A DNA stretch of 64,000 nt from Paecilomyces variotii (lineage: Eukaryota): assembly GCA_004022145.1 (NCBI GenBank), contig RCNU01000013.1. The stretch is one strand, 5' to 3'. The position numbers and the translations under genes are program-made. This document shows, piece by piece, positions 63,971 to 64,000 of the stretch (the first letter of the stretch is position 1; the number at the start of each line of letters is the position of its first letter). The notes beneath the pieces were generated by a model. The model was not told where the DNA came from, searched no databases, and was given only the letters and a program-made list of their open reading frames with translations.

Positions 63971-64000
63971 CATCATCATCATCATCATCATCATCATCAT
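63971..64000. repeat. (CAT)n microsatellite, running to the right edge
   Basis: 10 CAT units visible. Confidence 0.9.

Noticed and set aside
1..64000. Secondary-metabolite or resistance gene cluster (ABC pump, methyltransferase, chitosanase)
   Set aside because: No PKS, NRPS, terpene synthase or tailoring enzymes; these genes are tens of kb apart among core housekeeping genes.
1..64000. Transposons, RIP-degraded repeats, telomeric repeats, CRISPR arrays, TGA-CTA readthrough to cryptic PTS1
   Set aside because: No transposase or RT motifs, LTRs/TIRs, AT-rich RIP blocks, (TTAGGG)n or spaced repeats were seen, and none of the TGA stops I checked is followed by CTA.

Overview
Eukaryotic, intron-containing DNA from a filamentous ascomycete (Eurotiales, Aspergillus/Paecilomyces-like gene set and GT-AG introns with CTRAC branch points; species not determinable from the window). 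It is mostly a conserved housekeeping block of 16 protein genes reconstructed by splicing: an ABCB multidrug transporter (truncated at the left edge), rpl39, skp1/sconC, smp3, rad23, an uncharacterised 4-TM protein, an RG-repeat/coiled-coil protein, eIF6, set2, a Myb-like/AT-hook protein, CaMKK (cmkC), bet5, the HalA/Sat4 kinase, a GH75 chitosanase, rvs161/hob3 and peptidyl-tRNA hydrolase, followed by a 17th gene, a LaeA-like methyltransferase. Several 3-5 kb intergenic tracts separate them. I found no tRNA, rRNA, CRISPR array, intact transposon or secondary-metabolite cluster, and I cannot support a new multi-gene system. The best leads are regulatory: a dense PacC-consensus cluster upstream of halA, a possible non-AUG N-terminal extension of HalA, a stop-free in-frame intron inside the putative calmodulin-binding helix of CmkC, an overlapping uORF at the start of the LaeA-like gene, and CGG repeats upstream of the drug pump. 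Splice coordinates were read by eye and need RNA-seq confirmation.
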